Shown: positions 7,372 to 21,022, numbered from the stretch's first letter. The stretch: DNA of 35,707 nucleotides from Candidatus Gottesmanbacteria bacterium (GCA_963711735.1 CAVQFA010000005.1:335778-371484); one strand, 5' to 3'. Made by a program: numbers and translations. The notes: a model not told the origin generated them from the letters alone.

Positions 7372-8737
7372 TATGTCACCAGTGAGCGGAAACACACCTT
7401 TTTTCCGTGTAGATCATCTGAATTTCTCGCCTTCCGAGATAGTTTTTTCAAAAGCCGGTTCATACACTGATACGGCTTTTCTTTTAGGAAGTAAGGAACG
7501 CGGTATTGTTCATGATAAACTCAAAAGCTTACAGCATTCATCCGTTTATCATGACTCAATGACACAATCATCACGATATCTTGACTCTTTGCGGACTTTT
7601 GCAAAGAGTACGATGTTTGTTTACGGTAATGTCAATTATATGAACCGGTATTATATGCGGGTTCTTGCATATGCGAAGGGCGCCCGGATTACACCTCTCG
7701 ATACGGTTCTTCTTCAGACAGAACCGGTTCCCGGTTGTCAGACTGCTTCTTTTTTTGATAAGAAAACAGGTATTCTTGCCGGTTTTCATATGGAAGAAAT
7801 AGTCAACGATAAGTATGTACAGGATGCGCAGAAAATTTTGGAGGAAGGCTCGGATAGCGCGGACGCCTGGAAGCGGGTACGTCACATCCCGTACAGATAT
7901 CGTGTCGTTCAAAGCCGGACGGATGATGAGCATGTCGAGTTTTTTTCGTATCCGTATTTATGTGCCGGCGGACCGGCGTTTGGTATCAATCATGCGAAAG
8001 GAACACTCATTTTTGTTGATGCATTATATACTAAATCACACACGGATAAACCGATGGAGTTGTATGCAAATGCCGTAGCGTCAATATTTTTTGACGCAGG
8101 ATCAGTTCAGGCAATGCGTGCATTTATGCGCACCATGCGCAGTCATAATATACGTGTTTCCGACGGGTATGCACTGCACGTCGTATCAACACGGGTGTCG
8201 TCTTTTCTTATGTCATCTTTTGAATTCGGATCATCGTACGGTACGAGCGTCCGTTCAACCCGATCAAAAGATATCGTATATATAGCACAAACCAACTATC
8301 CGCGATCACGCTTGCTTACCGGTATTGATGAGTTATACCAAGCACGTCATTCAAAAACTCCCAACCTGTACCTGTTACAGCAGTCTTATGTCACGCAAGG
8401 AAGACGGAAACGCCTTAAACAATTTATAAGGTCTTTCTGTCATAAGGCAAGAATAACCCCTACAGGAGTAACGGATATTCTGAAAATGGTTACTGTCCAA
8501 AACGGAGATGTAGAAACCACCAAAGACGGACAGAAGATATTCACCGGTTATATCACTCCGTATCTGACAGGATACGCCGCATGGTATCTGTCACGGGATC
8601 TGCATCAGGTGGTTTTTGGTAAATATGCACCGACTTTTAAAGGACGGATACATTCAGTCCATCGTTGGTTTCATACGGATCCCGGAAAAAAATATCCTCC
8701 GGATACAAAAGATATCTGGGATATGATTTCAAAGTAA
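7364..8737 (+). CDS. Putative Ntn-hydrolase, peptidase C45/acyltransferase-like
   Basis: Internal GCQT (candidate autoproteolytic Cys) followed by FHMEE, FGIN and AQTNY, in the order of the C45 motifs GCT...HNED...GxN...HTNH. Start is ATG 7364 or 7373, at the xer stop. Confidence 0.5.
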   Translation: MSNMSPVSGNTPFFRVDHLNFSPSEIVFSKAGSYTDTAFLLGSKERGIVHDKLKSLQHSSVYHDSMTQSSRYLDSLRTFAKSTMFVYGNVNYMNRYYMRVLAYAKGARITPLDTVLLQTEPVPGCQTASFFDKKTGILAGFHMEEIVNDKYVQDAQKILEEGSDSADAWKRVRHIPYRYRVVQSRTDDEHVEFFSYPYLCAGGPAFGINHAKGTLIFVDALYTKSHTDKPMELYANAVASIFFDAGSVQAMRAFMRTMRSHNIRVSDGYALHVVSTRVSSFLMSSFEFGSSYGTSVRSTRSKDIVYIAQTNYPRSRLLTGIDELYQARHSKTPNLYLLQQSYVTQGRRKRLKQFIRSFCHKARITPTGVTDILKMVTVQNGDVETTKDGQKIFTGYITPYLTGYAAWYLSRDLHQVVFGKYAPTFKGRIHSVHRWFHTDPGKKYPPDTKDIWDMISK

Positions 8738-8765
8738 AAAGTATGAATATTTCTAAAATGTCGAT

Positions 8766-9758
8766 ATGCACATAGCAGTTATTTATTCCGTAGCGGTCAC
8801 TTCGGGGTACCGTCCGTCCCATCAGGAAGCAGAAGATGATACGCGCGTTTCAGCTGAACTCATCCGGGATGCCTGTGTTCGTCTCGGACACAGGACGGAG
8901 CTTATACCGGTCAAACCATCCAACCTTACGGTTTTGGACCAACTCACTGCCGATTGCATATTCAACTGCATCGAATGGACGGGGGCGGATTTACCGCTGG
9001 CTGATGATGCATTTATGCGTCTGGAACGTTCGGGTATTCCGGTTACCGGTGCGTCGCGGAAAAATTATCTGGAAACAACGGACAAAATACACATGAAAAA
9101 AAGACTTGTTGAATTGAAATTACCAACACCGCCATACTTTGTGTGCGTTACCGGCAGAGAAAAAGTACCGGAATTTCACATGCCGATGCTTGTAAAAATT
9201 GCGACGGAACACAGCGGTGTCGGTTTGAGAAAGGATTCTCTTGTCTATTCGGATGACGAACTGCGTGCTCGCATACATGATCGTATAAAAGAATTTCATG
9301 AGCCCATTTTAATTGAAGAGTTTATAAGCGGACGCGAGTTTGAGGTGACACTGCTTGAAGGACCGGAGGGGCTTATTATATTTCCTCCGGCAGAAAATGC
9401 ATACGATTCTCATAGTCCTTCCATGTTTCTGACGTTTGAAGGCAGATGGAATGATGAGCATAACAAATACGTGTCATATGATATAAAAATACCCCGGCTT
9501 TCCGACGTAAGCATTCATAACCTTCACGAACTATGCCAGAGAGCATTTATCGGTTTCGGATTTTCCGGATATGCACGGTTTGATATGCGGATGAAAAAAG
9601 ACGGTTCGTGGGTATTTATCGAAACTAATTCAAATCCGGGTCTTGATGACAATGTGAAAGGCAACGGACTTGCCGCATCATTCCATAAGGGAAGGTATAC
9701 ATTTGATCATTTTATTTCGGATATTATTGCAACGGCCGTTAAAAAGACCGGTGCCTGA
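8766..9758 (+). CDS. D-Ala-D-Ala ligase-like ATP-grasp enzyme
   Basis: TTDK, LVKIATEHSGVG, IEEFISGREF, GYARFDMR and IETNSNPG. It lacks the classical Ddl N-terminal GGxSxEH motif. Confidence 0.85.
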   Translation: MHIAVIYSVAVTSGYRPSHQEAEDDTRVSAELIRDACVRLGHRTELIPVKPSNLTVLDQLTADCIFNCIEWTGADLPLADDAFMRLERSGIPVTGASRKNYLETTDKIHMKKRLVELKLPTPPYFVCVTGREKVPEFHMPMLVKIATEHSGVGLRKDSLVYSDDELRARIHDRIKEFHEPILIEEFISGREFEVTLLEGPEGLIIFPPAENAYDSHSPSMFLTFEGRWNDEHNKYVSYDIKIPRLSDVSIHNLHELCQRAFIGFGFSGYARFDMRMKKDGSWVFIETNSNPGLDDNVKGNGLAASFHKGRYTFDHFISDIIATAVKKTGA

Positions 9759-10350
9759 ACGGTTCAATAATTTTACTGTATCGTTTTCGTGATACGGGGG
9801 GAAGATCCGTTATCGACTTACCGATAATGAAAAGCGGTTGCGGGTGAACGGTTTTTATTATCCGGAAATACCGTTTTCCAACGACTTTTTTCCGTTTATA
9901 CTCGACATCGATCCATCGTTTGCGGAAATCCTTCCAGCTGTATGATTTACGTTTCCCCGAATAACTGTCGAGAACCGTTATTTTTCCTTTTGACGGAGAA
10001 TAGGTTGATATGACTGCCCAGTGTCCTGAATCTGCTTCAGGTCTGCCTTCATCATTTATATCATACAGATAATTTGTGAGAATAGCCCGTTTATGTTTTT
10101 GTGTCTGATATAACGCACATTTTATATGCGTGAGAGATGCCCTTTTTTTTATTGAACAGATAAGTCCGAGCGATCGTATCGCACGGATCATCGAATCATT
10201 GGATGTACCGTTTCGGCTGGTTTTGCAAAGGCTGATCAAACCGTGCATTGTCCGCCGGATATTCAGGATTCTGCAAACGAGTTGAAGTGCGGCCGGTCCG
10301 CATGTCACATCATTTGGTTGCTTAATTGGCTTGATTTTTGATCTTCCCAT
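9739..10350 (-). CDS. C39-like (papain-fold) cysteine peptidase, stand-alone
   Basis: Q-x5-CG (QPNDVTCGPAAL), GHWAVI and VLDS give a Cys-His-Asp triad pattern. Confidence 0.8.
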   Translation of the reverse strand: MGRSKIKPIKQPNDVTCGPAALQLVCRILNIRRTMHGLISLCKTSRNGTSNDSMIRAIRSLGLICSIKKRASLTHIKCALYQTQKHKRAILTNYLYDINDEGRPEADSGHWAVISTYSPSKGKITVLDSYSGKRKSYSWKDFRKRWIDVEYKRKKVVGKRYFRIIKTVHPQPLFIIGKSITDLPPVSRKRYSKIIEPFRHRSF

Positions 10351-10478
10351 AGGTGATTTCTGCTCCCCTATTATGCTCAGGTTTGCGAACGGGGAGGCTT
10401 ATTATACCCCAGACGACGCCCCTCTTCAATGAAGGTAATATTACTATAGGCCATTAGTATGATCGTGAAATATGACTA

Positions 10479-11330
10479 TTATAGGCTTCTTGAAGTCTGT
10501 GTCTTTGCAGCTTCAACAAGATTTTTCATAAGACACGCTACATTAACCGGTCCTACACCACCCGGTGTTGAGGTGAAATACGCAACTTTATCTTTGATTT
10601 CGTCTTCACGGTAATCTCCATGATACGTACTGTCAGCACCCCGCCATATACCGACAGAGATAAATACGGATCCGGGTGTGGCATATTTTTCAGTGAGTAC
10701 GCGGTCCCTTCCTACACAGGATATGACAATATTGCTGTTACGTACTTTTTTGATTTTTTCATTTTCCGGAGTTTTTGAGTGGATAATGTCCGGTTTTACG
10801 CCCAAACGCATCACATACCCTGCAATTGGTTTTCCGGCTGTCTCCCCTCTTCCGAGAACAGTAACTCTCATTGAAGAAAGCCATTCGGAAAAAAGTCCGG
10901 ACCCTTGCGTGAGATTGTGGACATAGTGAAGTATCATACCGACCGCAAGTGCAACAGGTACCGTATATGGGGACTTATAAACAAACCCGTCTACATCTTT
11001 CTCTCTGGAAACGAGGTCCAGCATACCGGATGCAAGAATTTTGTCAGGAACCGGACGCTGAATGATAATACCGTGAACGGACCTATCATGATTATATACA
11101 TCGATGACATCTTTCAATTTTTCAGCTTGTACCCCGGTGGGTAGTACGTGATGAAGAACACGTGCTCCAACGAGCGCCGCTGTTTTTTGCTTTTGGCGGA
11201 TGAATGATGTGGATGACGGATCGTTACCGATTTGTATTACGGCAAGCGTAGGTTTGGTATTGAGCCCTCCTGCTGACCGTTTTACTTCCCGGCATATCGA
11301 ATCTGCAATATCTTGGCAATCTATCTTCAT
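10479..11330 (-). CDS. folD: Bifunctional methylenetetrahydrofolate dehydrogenase/cyclohydrolase
   Basis: VHGIIIQRP, EKDVDG, LGRG...GKP, HSKT and TPGGVGPVNVACL. Confidence 0.92.
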   Translation of the reverse strand: MKIDCQDIADSICREVKRSAGGLNTKPTLAVIQIGNDPSSTSFIRQKQKTAALVGARVLHHVLPTGVQAEKLKDVIDVYNHDRSVHGIIIQRPVPDKILASGMLDLVSREKDVDGFVYKSPYTVPVALAVGMILHYVHNLTQGSGLFSEWLSSMRVTVLGRGETAGKPIAGYVMRLGVKPDIIHSKTPENEKIKKVRNSNIVISCVGRDRVLTEKYATPGSVFISVGIWRGADSTYHGDYREDEIKDKVAYFTSTPGGVGPVNVACLMKNLVEAAKTQTSRSL

Positions 11331-11392
11331 AGTTGGATTATATACCCTAAGGAGAAAACCTGAGAAGGTTACATTAACGTTGTGAATGATAT

Positions 11393-13885
11393 TTATTTGG
11401 TAAGGCAGGTAGCTGCAGCAATAGTGTCCGATTTATCAGCAAACCGCATAAGGATGACACCGCTTGTTGCACGACCCAGACGGGGAATTGAATTAATCGG
11501 TAGTTTTACTACCTGACCTTTCGTAGACGTCAGTATGACACTTTCACAATCCTGAGGAACCAGTTGTGATACGGTAATTAAACCGGTTTTATCCTTAACT
11601 TGGGCGACTTTGATTCCCTGTCCGCCACGCCGTTGTTTCGGGAAGTCGCTCACTTTTGTCTTTTTACCTAAACCCTTTTCCATAATTGTCAGGAAATCCG
11701 ATCCTTTTGTATCAGAATTTATGATGCTCATCGATACGACAGTATCACCTTTAGAAAGAAGGATTCCACGTACGCCCATCGTATCGCGTGCGGTTGGTCT
11801 TACTTCATCTTCTTTGAACCGTATGGATTTGCCTGAACGGGCAACAAGAAGAATATCATTATCTCCGCCGGTTAACTTAGCCCAAATAAGCTCATCCCCT
11901 GATTCCAGCTTGATGGCAACAAGTCCGTTACGCCTGATATTTTCGTATTCCGTGAGTTTAGATTTTTTTACCGTACCATTTTTGGTTGCCATGACGATGT
12001 ATTTGATGCCCTTTTCTTTTTGGTCGACGGACCGAAGCGAATATGTGAGCACGGACGTAACTCTTTCCGAGGATTCTATATTTATTAGATTGATGATTGC
12101 CTGACCTTTGGATTGTCTGTTCGTTTCCGGTATATCCCAAACACGCACCTGGTATACTTTCCCTTTGTCCGTAAAGAAGAGCATATTATCATGCGTTTTA
12201 GCGGAAACAATCATATCTATTGTGTCCTCTTCTTTCGTTGTCATACCGATGACACCTTTACCCCCGCGTTCCTGAGTTTTAAATGTAGTTTTGGGGAGGC
12301 GCTTGATATATCCGGACTGACTCATTGTTATTATCGCGTCTTCGTTGGCTATCAGTTGTTCTTCAGAGAACTCTCCGACTTTGGATTTATAGACTTTTGT
12401 TTTTCTGTTATCACCGTATTTTTCTTTAAGTTTCGTCAGTTCATTTTTTATAACGAGCAGCATTTTGTCAGGATGTGCGAGAAGATCCACAAGATAATTG
12501 ATTGTTTCCCGAATCATTGCAAGTTCATCCTCAATTTTCTGGCGCTCAAGTGCCGCAAGACGCCGGAGCTGCATATCCAATATTGCCGTAGTCTGGATAT
12601 CGGTAAGTCCGAAACGCGTCATGAGTTTGACTTTTGCTTCATCGGCGTCCTTACTTTTTTTGATAATGGAAATCACTTCATCAATATGATCAACAGCTAT
12701 TTTTAATCCTTCCAGGATATGTTCACGGGCTTTTGCTTCCGCCAGTTCAAATTCACTTCGTTTACGGATAATATCCCGGCGGTGTTTAATGTATTCCTCC
12801 AAAATCGTTTTCAGATGTACCGTTTGCGGTGTATTGTCTACGAGCGCAACCATGTTGACCGGGAAAGTTGTCTGAAGAGCCGTTTGTTTAAACAGGTTGT
12901 TGAGGACCTGTTTGGGGCGTGCGTCACGTTTCAATTCAACAACGACACGGATACCCCTTCTGTCTGATTCATCGCGGAGATCCGATATGCCTTCAATTTT
13001 TTTCTCCTTGACGAGGTCTGCAATTTTTGCGACGAGGAGGGCTTTGTTTACCTGGTACGGAAGTTCCGTTATGGCAATTGCAGACTTACCCTGCCCGATA
13101 TCCTCAATTTCCGCAATACCGCGCATGACGATTTTCCCTCTCCCTGTTGCATATGCGGATTTGATTTCGTTTATATCATATATAGCGCCGCCTGTCGGGA
13201 AATCAGGACCCTGAATGAAATTCATGAGCTCCTCTAAACCCACTTCATATGATATTTCAGTTTGTCCGTCTTCTCCTTTAGTTAATTTTGATTTATCAAT
13301 CAGGTATACAATTGCATCGATAACTTCTGTTAAATTATGCGGTGGTATTTTTGTTGCCATTCCGACAGCGATACCTTCTGAACCCATGAGAAGCAGATTT
13401 GGAAGTTTTGCAGGAAGGTAATCAGGCTCATCAATCGTTCCGTCAAAATTCGGAGTGAATTTTACTGTATTTTTTTCGATATCATAGAGCATTTCGTCAG
13501 CAATGGATGCCAGTTTGCACTCCGTATACCGCATTGCAGCAGGCGGATCTCCGTCTATGGACCCGTAGTTACCCTGTCCTTCTATAAGCCGGTATCGCAT
13601 GGAGAATTCCTGTGCAAGACGTACGAGAGCTTCATATACAGCTGAATCACCATGCGGATGAAATTTACCTAAAACTTCTCCGACGACTTTAGCACTTTTT
13701 GTATACCGTGACGTATGATGTAAACCCATTTCGTGCATGGCAAACAGAATTCTCCTATGGACCGGTTTAAGACCGTCTCTGACGTCGGGAAGGGCACGCG
13801 CCACAATAACGGACATTGCGTAATCGAGGTACGATTTTTGCATTTCCGTCACTATTTCCGTTGGTAGTATTTTTCCTATTTGCAT
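11393..13885 (-). CDS. gyrA: DNA gyrase subunit A
   Basis: [22 protein letters not shown], catalytic AAMRYTE and GyrA-box QERGGKG with beta-pinwheel CTD. Start at ATG 13885. Confidence 0.97.
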   Translation of the reverse strand: MQIGKILPTEIVTEMQKSYLDYAMSVIVARALPDVRDGLKPVHRRILFAMHEMGLHHTSRYTKSAKVVGEVLGKFHPHGDSAVYEALVRLAQEFSMRYRLIEGQGNYGSIDGDPPAAMRYTECKLASIADEMLYDIEKNTVKFTPNFDGTIDEPDYLPAKLPNLLLMGSEGIAVGMATKIPPHNLTEVIDAIVYLIDKSKLTKGEDGQTEISYEVGLEELMNFIQGPDFPTGGAIYDINEIKSAYATGRGKIVMRGIAEIEDIGQGKSAIAITELPYQVNKALLVAKIADLVKEKKIEGISDLRDESDRRGIRVVVELKRDARPKQVLNNLFKQTALQTTFPVNMVALVDNTPQTVHLKTILEEYIKHRRDIIRKRSEFELAEAKAREHILEGLKIAVDHIDEVISIIKKSKDADEAKVKLMTRFGLTDIQTTAILDMQLRRLAALERQKIEDELAMIRETINYLVDLLAHPDKMLLVIKNELTKLKEKYGDNRKTKVYKSKVGEFSEEQLIANEDAIITMSQSGYIKRLPKTTFKTQERGGKGVIGMTTKEEDTIDMIVSAKTHDNMLFFTDKGKVYQVRVWDIPETNRQSKGQAIINLINIESSERVTSVLTYSLRSVDQKEKGIKYIVMATKNGTVKKSKLTEYENIRRNGLVAIKLESGDELIWAKLTGGDNDILLVARSGKSIRFKEDEVRPTARDTMGVRGILLSKGDTVVSMSIINSDTKGSDFLTIMEKGLGKKTKVSDFPKQRRGGQGIKVAQVKDKTGLITVSQLVPQDCESVILTSTKGQVVKLPINSIPRLGRATSGVILMRFADKSDTIAAATCLTK

Positions 13886-13895
13886 GGCAGTTATT

Positions 13896-15923
13896 TTATT
13901 TCCCGATAAAGGAAATGACAAATGGGGCAATCAGAAGTGCCACGATTTGTACGATTTTCATCATTGGGTTGAGTGCCGGACCCGCTGTGTCTTTGAGGGG
14001 ATCACCGACGGTATCTCCCACTACAGCCGCTTTATGAGTATCTGACCCTTTTCCGCCGAAATTCCCATCTTCAATGTATTTTTTTGCGTTATCCCAAGCA
14101 CCTCCTGCGTTGCACATATAGAAAGCAAGCATAAGCCCGCTTACGACAACTCCTCCGAGAAAACCGCCCAGTGCCTCGCCGCCCAGAAGGCTTGCAGCGA
14201 CAGGCATCGTAACAACGATGAGTGCCGGTATCACGAGTTCTTTCTGTGCTGCTTTTGTAACGATCTCAACTGCCCGTGAATAATCCGGCAATTGTTTACC
14301 CTGCATGATCCCCTTTATTTCCCGGAATTGTCTCCTTACCTCTTCGACCACTTCAAACGCTGCCCTTCCGACTGATCCTATCAGCCTCGAGCTGAAAAGG
14401 AACGGGAGCGCTGCACCCAGAAGTAGTCCTATAAATACTTTCGGATTTGCAATATCAATAGCCTTCAGTCCGGTTGCTTCAAAATATGTCGCAAAAAGCG
14501 AACTTGCCGCAATTGCAGCTGATCCGACAGCAAAGCCTTTTGTGAGGGCTTTCGTGGTATTTCCGACCGCATCAAGCCCGCTTGTCACAACAGCTGCTTT
14601 CGTTTTTTCCAGACCGGCCATTTCTATCATACCCTGCGCGTTGTCGGAAATGGGACCAAACGTATCAAGAGCCATAATAATACCGGTTGTTGCAAGCATT
14701 CCCATGCCTGCAAGGGATATACCGTAAAACCCAAGGAGCGAATATCCTGCAAAAATTGCTCCTGCAACAATGAGTACTGAAACAAATGTAGATTCCATGC
14801 CTATGGATAAGCCGGAAATCAGGTTTGTTCCTGCTCCGGTTCTGGATGCTGTGGCAATTGCCACAACAGGTTTTTCTCCCGGACCGGTGTAGTATTTCGT
14901 AACATAGAGAAGAAGAATCATTGCGATGATTCCGACAACGGCTGCATATCCGGCATTAACATTCCCGAGGAGAAATACAGCAAGTCCCATGAATATGATA
15001 ATTGCCGCTCCTGCGGATACTATAAATCCGCGGATAAGCGGTTTTATCGGATCTTCCTGATCATTTTTGGCTTTCACAAAAAATGTTCCGAGTATTGACG
15101 TAAGAATTGCACCGGATCTGGCAAGAAGCGGAAATACGACACCTTTGAGGCCAAAAACGCTTCCTCCGAGAATCATCGCAGCGACAATGGTAAGGGCATA
15201 GGATTCGAAAACATCAGCAGCCATACCTGCACAATCACCCACATTGTCACCGACGTTGTCGGCAATTGTTGCAGGGTTTCTGGGGTCATCCTCAGGAATC
15301 CCCTTTTCAACTTTTCCGACGAGATCCGCTCCGACGTCAGCTGCTTTGGTAAATATTCCTCCGCCGACCCGCATGAAAAGGGCAAGAAGTGCTGCACCGA
15401 AGCCATACCCGATGAGAACCGACGTGGCTTGTTTGGTAACAACATCTGCACCCTGCGATATGAAAGTGAAGTACGACCACATATAGATAATCGAAACACC
15501 CAGAAGACCGAGTCCTACGACGAGCATTCCGTTTACCGTACCGGCACCGAATGCAATTGTGAGAGCCGCATTGAGACCTTTCATAGCAGCATTAGCAGTT
15601 CTCACATTTGCTTTGACGGCTATCCACATTCCGCAGTATCCGATGAGTGCCGAGAATGTTGCTCCGAGAAGAAAAGTTAGTGCAATACCGACACCAAGTG
15701 TGACGGATATAAGTGCAGCAAGACCAATCATGATAGGGATGACTATCCGGAATTGACTGGCGAGGTATGACATCGCTCCGTCATGTACGGCTTTGGCAAT
15801 TGCACGGAGTTTTGGGCTCCCTTCTTCTTCGCGTATGACTTTTTTTGATAAATAGAAACCGTATACCAGGGCAATAAGTGCAGTTATAGGAGCAGTGAAA
15901 AGGGCAATAATTTGAATATCCAT
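13896..15923 (-). CDS. hppA: Membrane-bound proton-translocating pyrophosphatase, predicted K+-independent
   Basis: [37 protein letters not shown] and [16 protein letters not shown] has Lys at the K+-determining position. SD AAGGAGG at 15933-15939. Confidence 0.95.
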   Translation of the reverse strand: MDIQIIALFTAPITALIALVYGFYLSKKVIREEEGSPKLRAIAKAVHDGAMSYLASQFRIVIPIMIGLAALISVTLGVGIALTFLLGATFSALIGYCGMWIAVKANVRTANAAMKGLNAALTIAFGAGTVNGMLVVGLGLLGVSIIYMWSYFTFISQGADVVTKQATSVLIGYGFGAALLALFMRVGGGIFTKAADVGADLVGKVEKGIPEDDPRNPATIADNVGDNVGDCAGMAADVFESYALTIVAAMILGGSVFGLKGVVFPLLARSGAILTSILGTFFVKAKNDQEDPIKPLIRGFIVSAGAAIIIFMGLAVFLLGNVNAGYAAVVGIIAMILLLYVTKYYTGPGEKPVVAIATASRTGAGTNLISGLSIGMESTFVSVLIVAGAIFAGYSLLGFYGISLAGMGMLATTGIIMALDTFGPISDNAQGMIEMAGLEKTKAAVVTSGLDAVGNTTKALTKGFAVGSAAIAASSLFATYFEATGLKAIDIANPKVFIGLLLGAALPFLFSSRLIGSVGRAAFEVVEEVRRQFREIKGIMQGKQLPDYSRAVEIVTKAAQKELVIPALIVVTMPVAASLLGGEALGGFLGGVVVSGLMLAFYMCNAGGAWDNAKKYIEDGNFGGKGSDTHKAAVVGDTVGDPLKDTAGPALNPMMKIVQIVALLIAPFVISFIGK

Positions 15924-16003
15924 ACAATCATTCCTCCTTATCTATATATACAAGGCAGTTCATTATACGAGTAAATCAGCTTCCTATCAAATTCCTTACA
16001 ATA

Positions 16004-17986
<1,983 letters not shown>

Positions 17987-17993
17987 TTATAGA

Positions 17994-18671
17994 TCATTGT
18001 ACATATTCATATGCATCTTGTCCAGTCTCTGTTAGCATGTAAATCCAGTCCAAACAGCTTCGGATTGACACATTATGCTCTGCCATAAATTTGGCGTGTG
18101 TAAGGGCGTGAATTCGTGATGCAACCGACCGGGTCGGACTTCTTTTTAAGCGTATGGTATAAGCGTTTAAAAGTGAATACAGGACATCTTCCTTATGAAC
18201 ATGGGACAGAAATTCATCGATGCGTTTCAGTTTATTACCGGGTGTCAGTGAGTCAATATCCTCAGTAAATTTCAGGCATATATCAAGCAAGGTATCAGGA
18301 TGTGACTTCTCTGCTGGTAAAACTATTAGCTGGCACCTGGACCGGATTGTCGGGAGTAGCGTAAGCTCAGATGATGTTAAAAGAAAAAATATCGTATGGG
18401 GTGGCGGTTCTTCAAGAAGTTTAAGGAATGCATTTTGTGCTTCAACAGTGAGTGTATCAGCGTCAGGAAATATTCCTGCTTTTTGAGGTGATGCATACGG
18501 GGCAAGCTGCATCGTATGCGTAAATGCGCGTATTGCATCAATACCGATACTTATTTCGTCCGCGACAACGAACGTCCGGTCTGCAGGTATTATTTTCCGT
18601 TTTGAACATTCACTCTCAACAAATTCAGTACGGTCTTTTTTTGAACCTCCGCTTATGATCCATGCATGCAT
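17994..18671 (-). CDS. holB: DNA polymerase III delta-prime-like subunit (short form)
   Basis: IGIDAIR, AQNAFLKLLEEPP and LLPTIRSRCQ clamp-loader motifs. Confidence 0.85.
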   Translation of the reverse strand: MHAWIISGGSKKDRTEFVESECSKRKIIPADRTFVVADEISIGIDAIRAFTHTMQLAPYASPQKAGIFPDADTLTVEAQNAFLKLLEEPPPHTIFFLLTSSELTLLPTIRSRCQLIVLPAEKSHPDTLLDICLKFTEDIDSLTPGNKLKRIDEFLSHVHKEDVLYSLLNAYTIRLKRSPTRSVASRIHALTHAKFMAEHNVSIRSCLDWIYMLTETGQDAYEYVQ

Positions 18672-18712
18672 AGCTCTTGCATTATACCCATTGTACTTGT
18701 CATAATGGAAGT

Positions 18713-19693
18713 ATGCCCGGAACTGCCCAGGAAATTCTTACTATTCTCGTATCAGACGGAAAACTGACAAAGTCAGCGGCTGATGAGATCAATACAGAAG
18801 CAATAAATGCGGATGTTCCGATCGAGTCTATTCTTCTTAAGCGTCATTTAATTACTGAAACCGATTTTGCAAAAGCCCGTGCAAAATCCCTGGATATCCC
18901 TTTTTTGACTCTCGCCGATCAGGCAATATCACCGGACGTCGTTAATTACATCCCTGAACCGGTTGCGCGGAAGTACGTACTGGTACCGGTTAAGTTTGAC
19001 AGTAAAACCGGTGAACTTCATGTTGCCATGGAAGATCCTTTGGATTTTCAGGTACTTGAGTTTCTTGAGAAAAAATCCGGGAAAAAAGTACGTCCCTGCA
19101 TGGCGATGAAAGAAGATATCCTTTCTGCAATTGATGCAACGTACACTCAGGGGTTGGGAGATGATGTCTCAGCAGCTCTGAAAGAAACCGCTGCAACAGA
19201 AGTGAAAACGTATGAAGCAGGAAAACTCGGAGAAGTGATCCGTGAAGCTCCTATTGCACAGATCGTTTCTGCTGCACTCGAGCAGGCTATGAGACTTAGG
19301 TCTTCCGATATTCACATCGAACCACAACCGGGAGACACGCGTGTTCGCTACAGGGTCGACGGCATATTACAGGAAAGGCTCACACTTCCGAGGCGTCTGC
19401 ATGATGCTGTGGTATCCAGAATCAAAATTTTATCAGATATGAAAATTGATGAAAAACGCATACCTCAGGACGGTCGTTTTAATTTTAAAATGGGAGATAA
19501 GGAAGTGGATCTTCGTGTTTCAACATTACCGACAGTGCACGGAGAAAAAGTTGTCATGAGGCTACTCAAGAAATCAGGAGGAGTCCCTACCCTTCCGGAG
19601 CTCGGCCTTCGGGGATTGGCGCTCAAAAACCTCGAAACGAATATGCTCCGGCCGCACGGTATTATACTCGTTACCGGTCCGACAGGTTCCGGA
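18713..19693 (+). CDS. GspE/PulE/PilB-family type IV pilus/T2SS ATPase, truncated in Walker A at the junction
   Basis: T2SSE_N-like domain (AMEDPLD), SDIHIEP, RYRVDG, PQDGRF, DLRVST and VTGPTGSG. The expected KTT is replaced by antisense read-through of an unrelated gene, so the 554-aa track ORF is artefactual. Confidence 0.92.
19688..19693. other. Junction between low-GC and high-GC sequence at a shared TCCGGA
   Basis: TCC GGA encodes Ser-Gly of the PilB Walker A on + and Ser-Gly of the ABC signature (RNLSG) on -. Composition changes abruptly at this point. Confidence 0.92.
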
Positions 19694-20897
19694 GAGGTTG
19701 CGCAACAGCTGCTCCAGCGACGGCGTCTTGATGCTGAGCCTGCGGACGTACTCCTCGGTCGCGTGCTCGACCCGCTTGGCCTGGACGAAGAGGCCCCGCG
19801 TGTAGCGGTCATAGGTCGCGAGGACCACGTTGTCCTTGACGGTCATGCCGAGCGCGAGGCCGAAGCGCTTGCGGTCCTCGGAGAGGTAGCCGATCCCGTA
19901 CGCCACCGCATCCCGTGGCGAGCGGATCACGGCGGGCCGGCCGAAGACCTCGATCGTCCCGCTCTGCGTCTCGTCGGCGCCAAAAACTGCCCGCGCGGTT
20001 TCCGTGCGTCCGGCCCCCATGAGCCCGGCAAATCCGAGGATCTCTCCCCTGCGGAGTTCGAAGCTCACGTCCCTGACCGCGTTGCCGGCGTTCAGGTGCC
20101 GGACGCGCAGCACCACTTCGGCATCCGCCGGGACGCGGCTGCGGGTCTTGGGCTCCTCGTAGATCACGCGGCCGACCATCATGTTGATGATGTCCTGCTT
20201 CGTGATCTCGGAGACGGGGCGCGGTCCCGATCGTCTCGCCGTCCCGCAGCACGGTCACCCTGTCGGCGATCCTGTGGATCTCGTCGAGGCGGTGGGAGAT
20301 GTGGATCATGGCCACGCCGCGGCGGGCGAGGTCCCGCATGATGCCGAACAGCTCTTCGATCTCCGCCTCCGTGAGCGCGGCGGTCGGCTCGTCGAGGATG
20401 AGGATCTGCAGGTTCCGCGAGACCGCCTTCGCGATCTCCACCATCTGCTGCTTGCCGACGGTGAGGCCGGCGAGGGTCGCGGCGGGGTCGATCTTCATGT
20501 TCAGCCGCGCCAGAAGTTCCGCCGCGCGGCGGTCCTGCGCCTTCTTGTCGAGGAAGACCCCGCGGCCGCGGGTGGACTCCCGCCCGATAAAGAGGTTCTG
20601 GGCCACCGTGAGGTGGTCCATCATGTTGAGCTCCTGGTGAATGATGCCGATCCCCATCGCGAGCGCGTGCGCCGGGTCGCGGGGATCGAAGAGTCGTCCG
20701 AGGTACCTGATCTCGCCCGAATCGCGCCGCTCGATGCCGGTGAGGATCTTCATGAGCGTCGACTTGCCGGCCCCGTTCTCGCCCACCAGGGCGTGGATCT
20801 CGCCCGCAGAGAGGTCGAAATCGACCGCCCTCAGCGCGTGAACGCCCGCGAACCGCTTGTCGATCCTCCGCACGGAGAGCACCTGCTCAGCCGCCAT
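19688..20897 (-). CDS. Sugar ABC transporter ATP-binding protein (RbsA/MglA type), frameshifted near 20215 and truncated at the junction
   Basis: GENGAGKST, LILDEPT and HISHRLDE. The second domain has GEILGFAGLMGAGRTE, YLSEDRK and RNLSG, and then breaks off before GNQQK. Confidence 0.9.
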
Positions 20898-21022
20898 CCT
20901 TGCCCCTGTCGCGAAGCGGTATGGTCCCACAGGACGCCTTCAATGTAAAGTGTGGAGCTCGCCGCCGGCGAGCGCCCGCGCGCCGCGGCGCGCGGCGGTG
21001 CGAGGCGGTGCGCCGCGGGGGT

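Noticed and set aside
10405-10430. ZTP riboswitch-like GTCGTCTGGG near folD
   Set aside because: It lies downstream of folD and lacks the 5' GACTGGCG domain.
18677-20341. 554-aa PilB with a novel C-terminal domain
   Set aside because: The C-terminal half is antisense read-through of the ABC ATPase across the chimeric junction.
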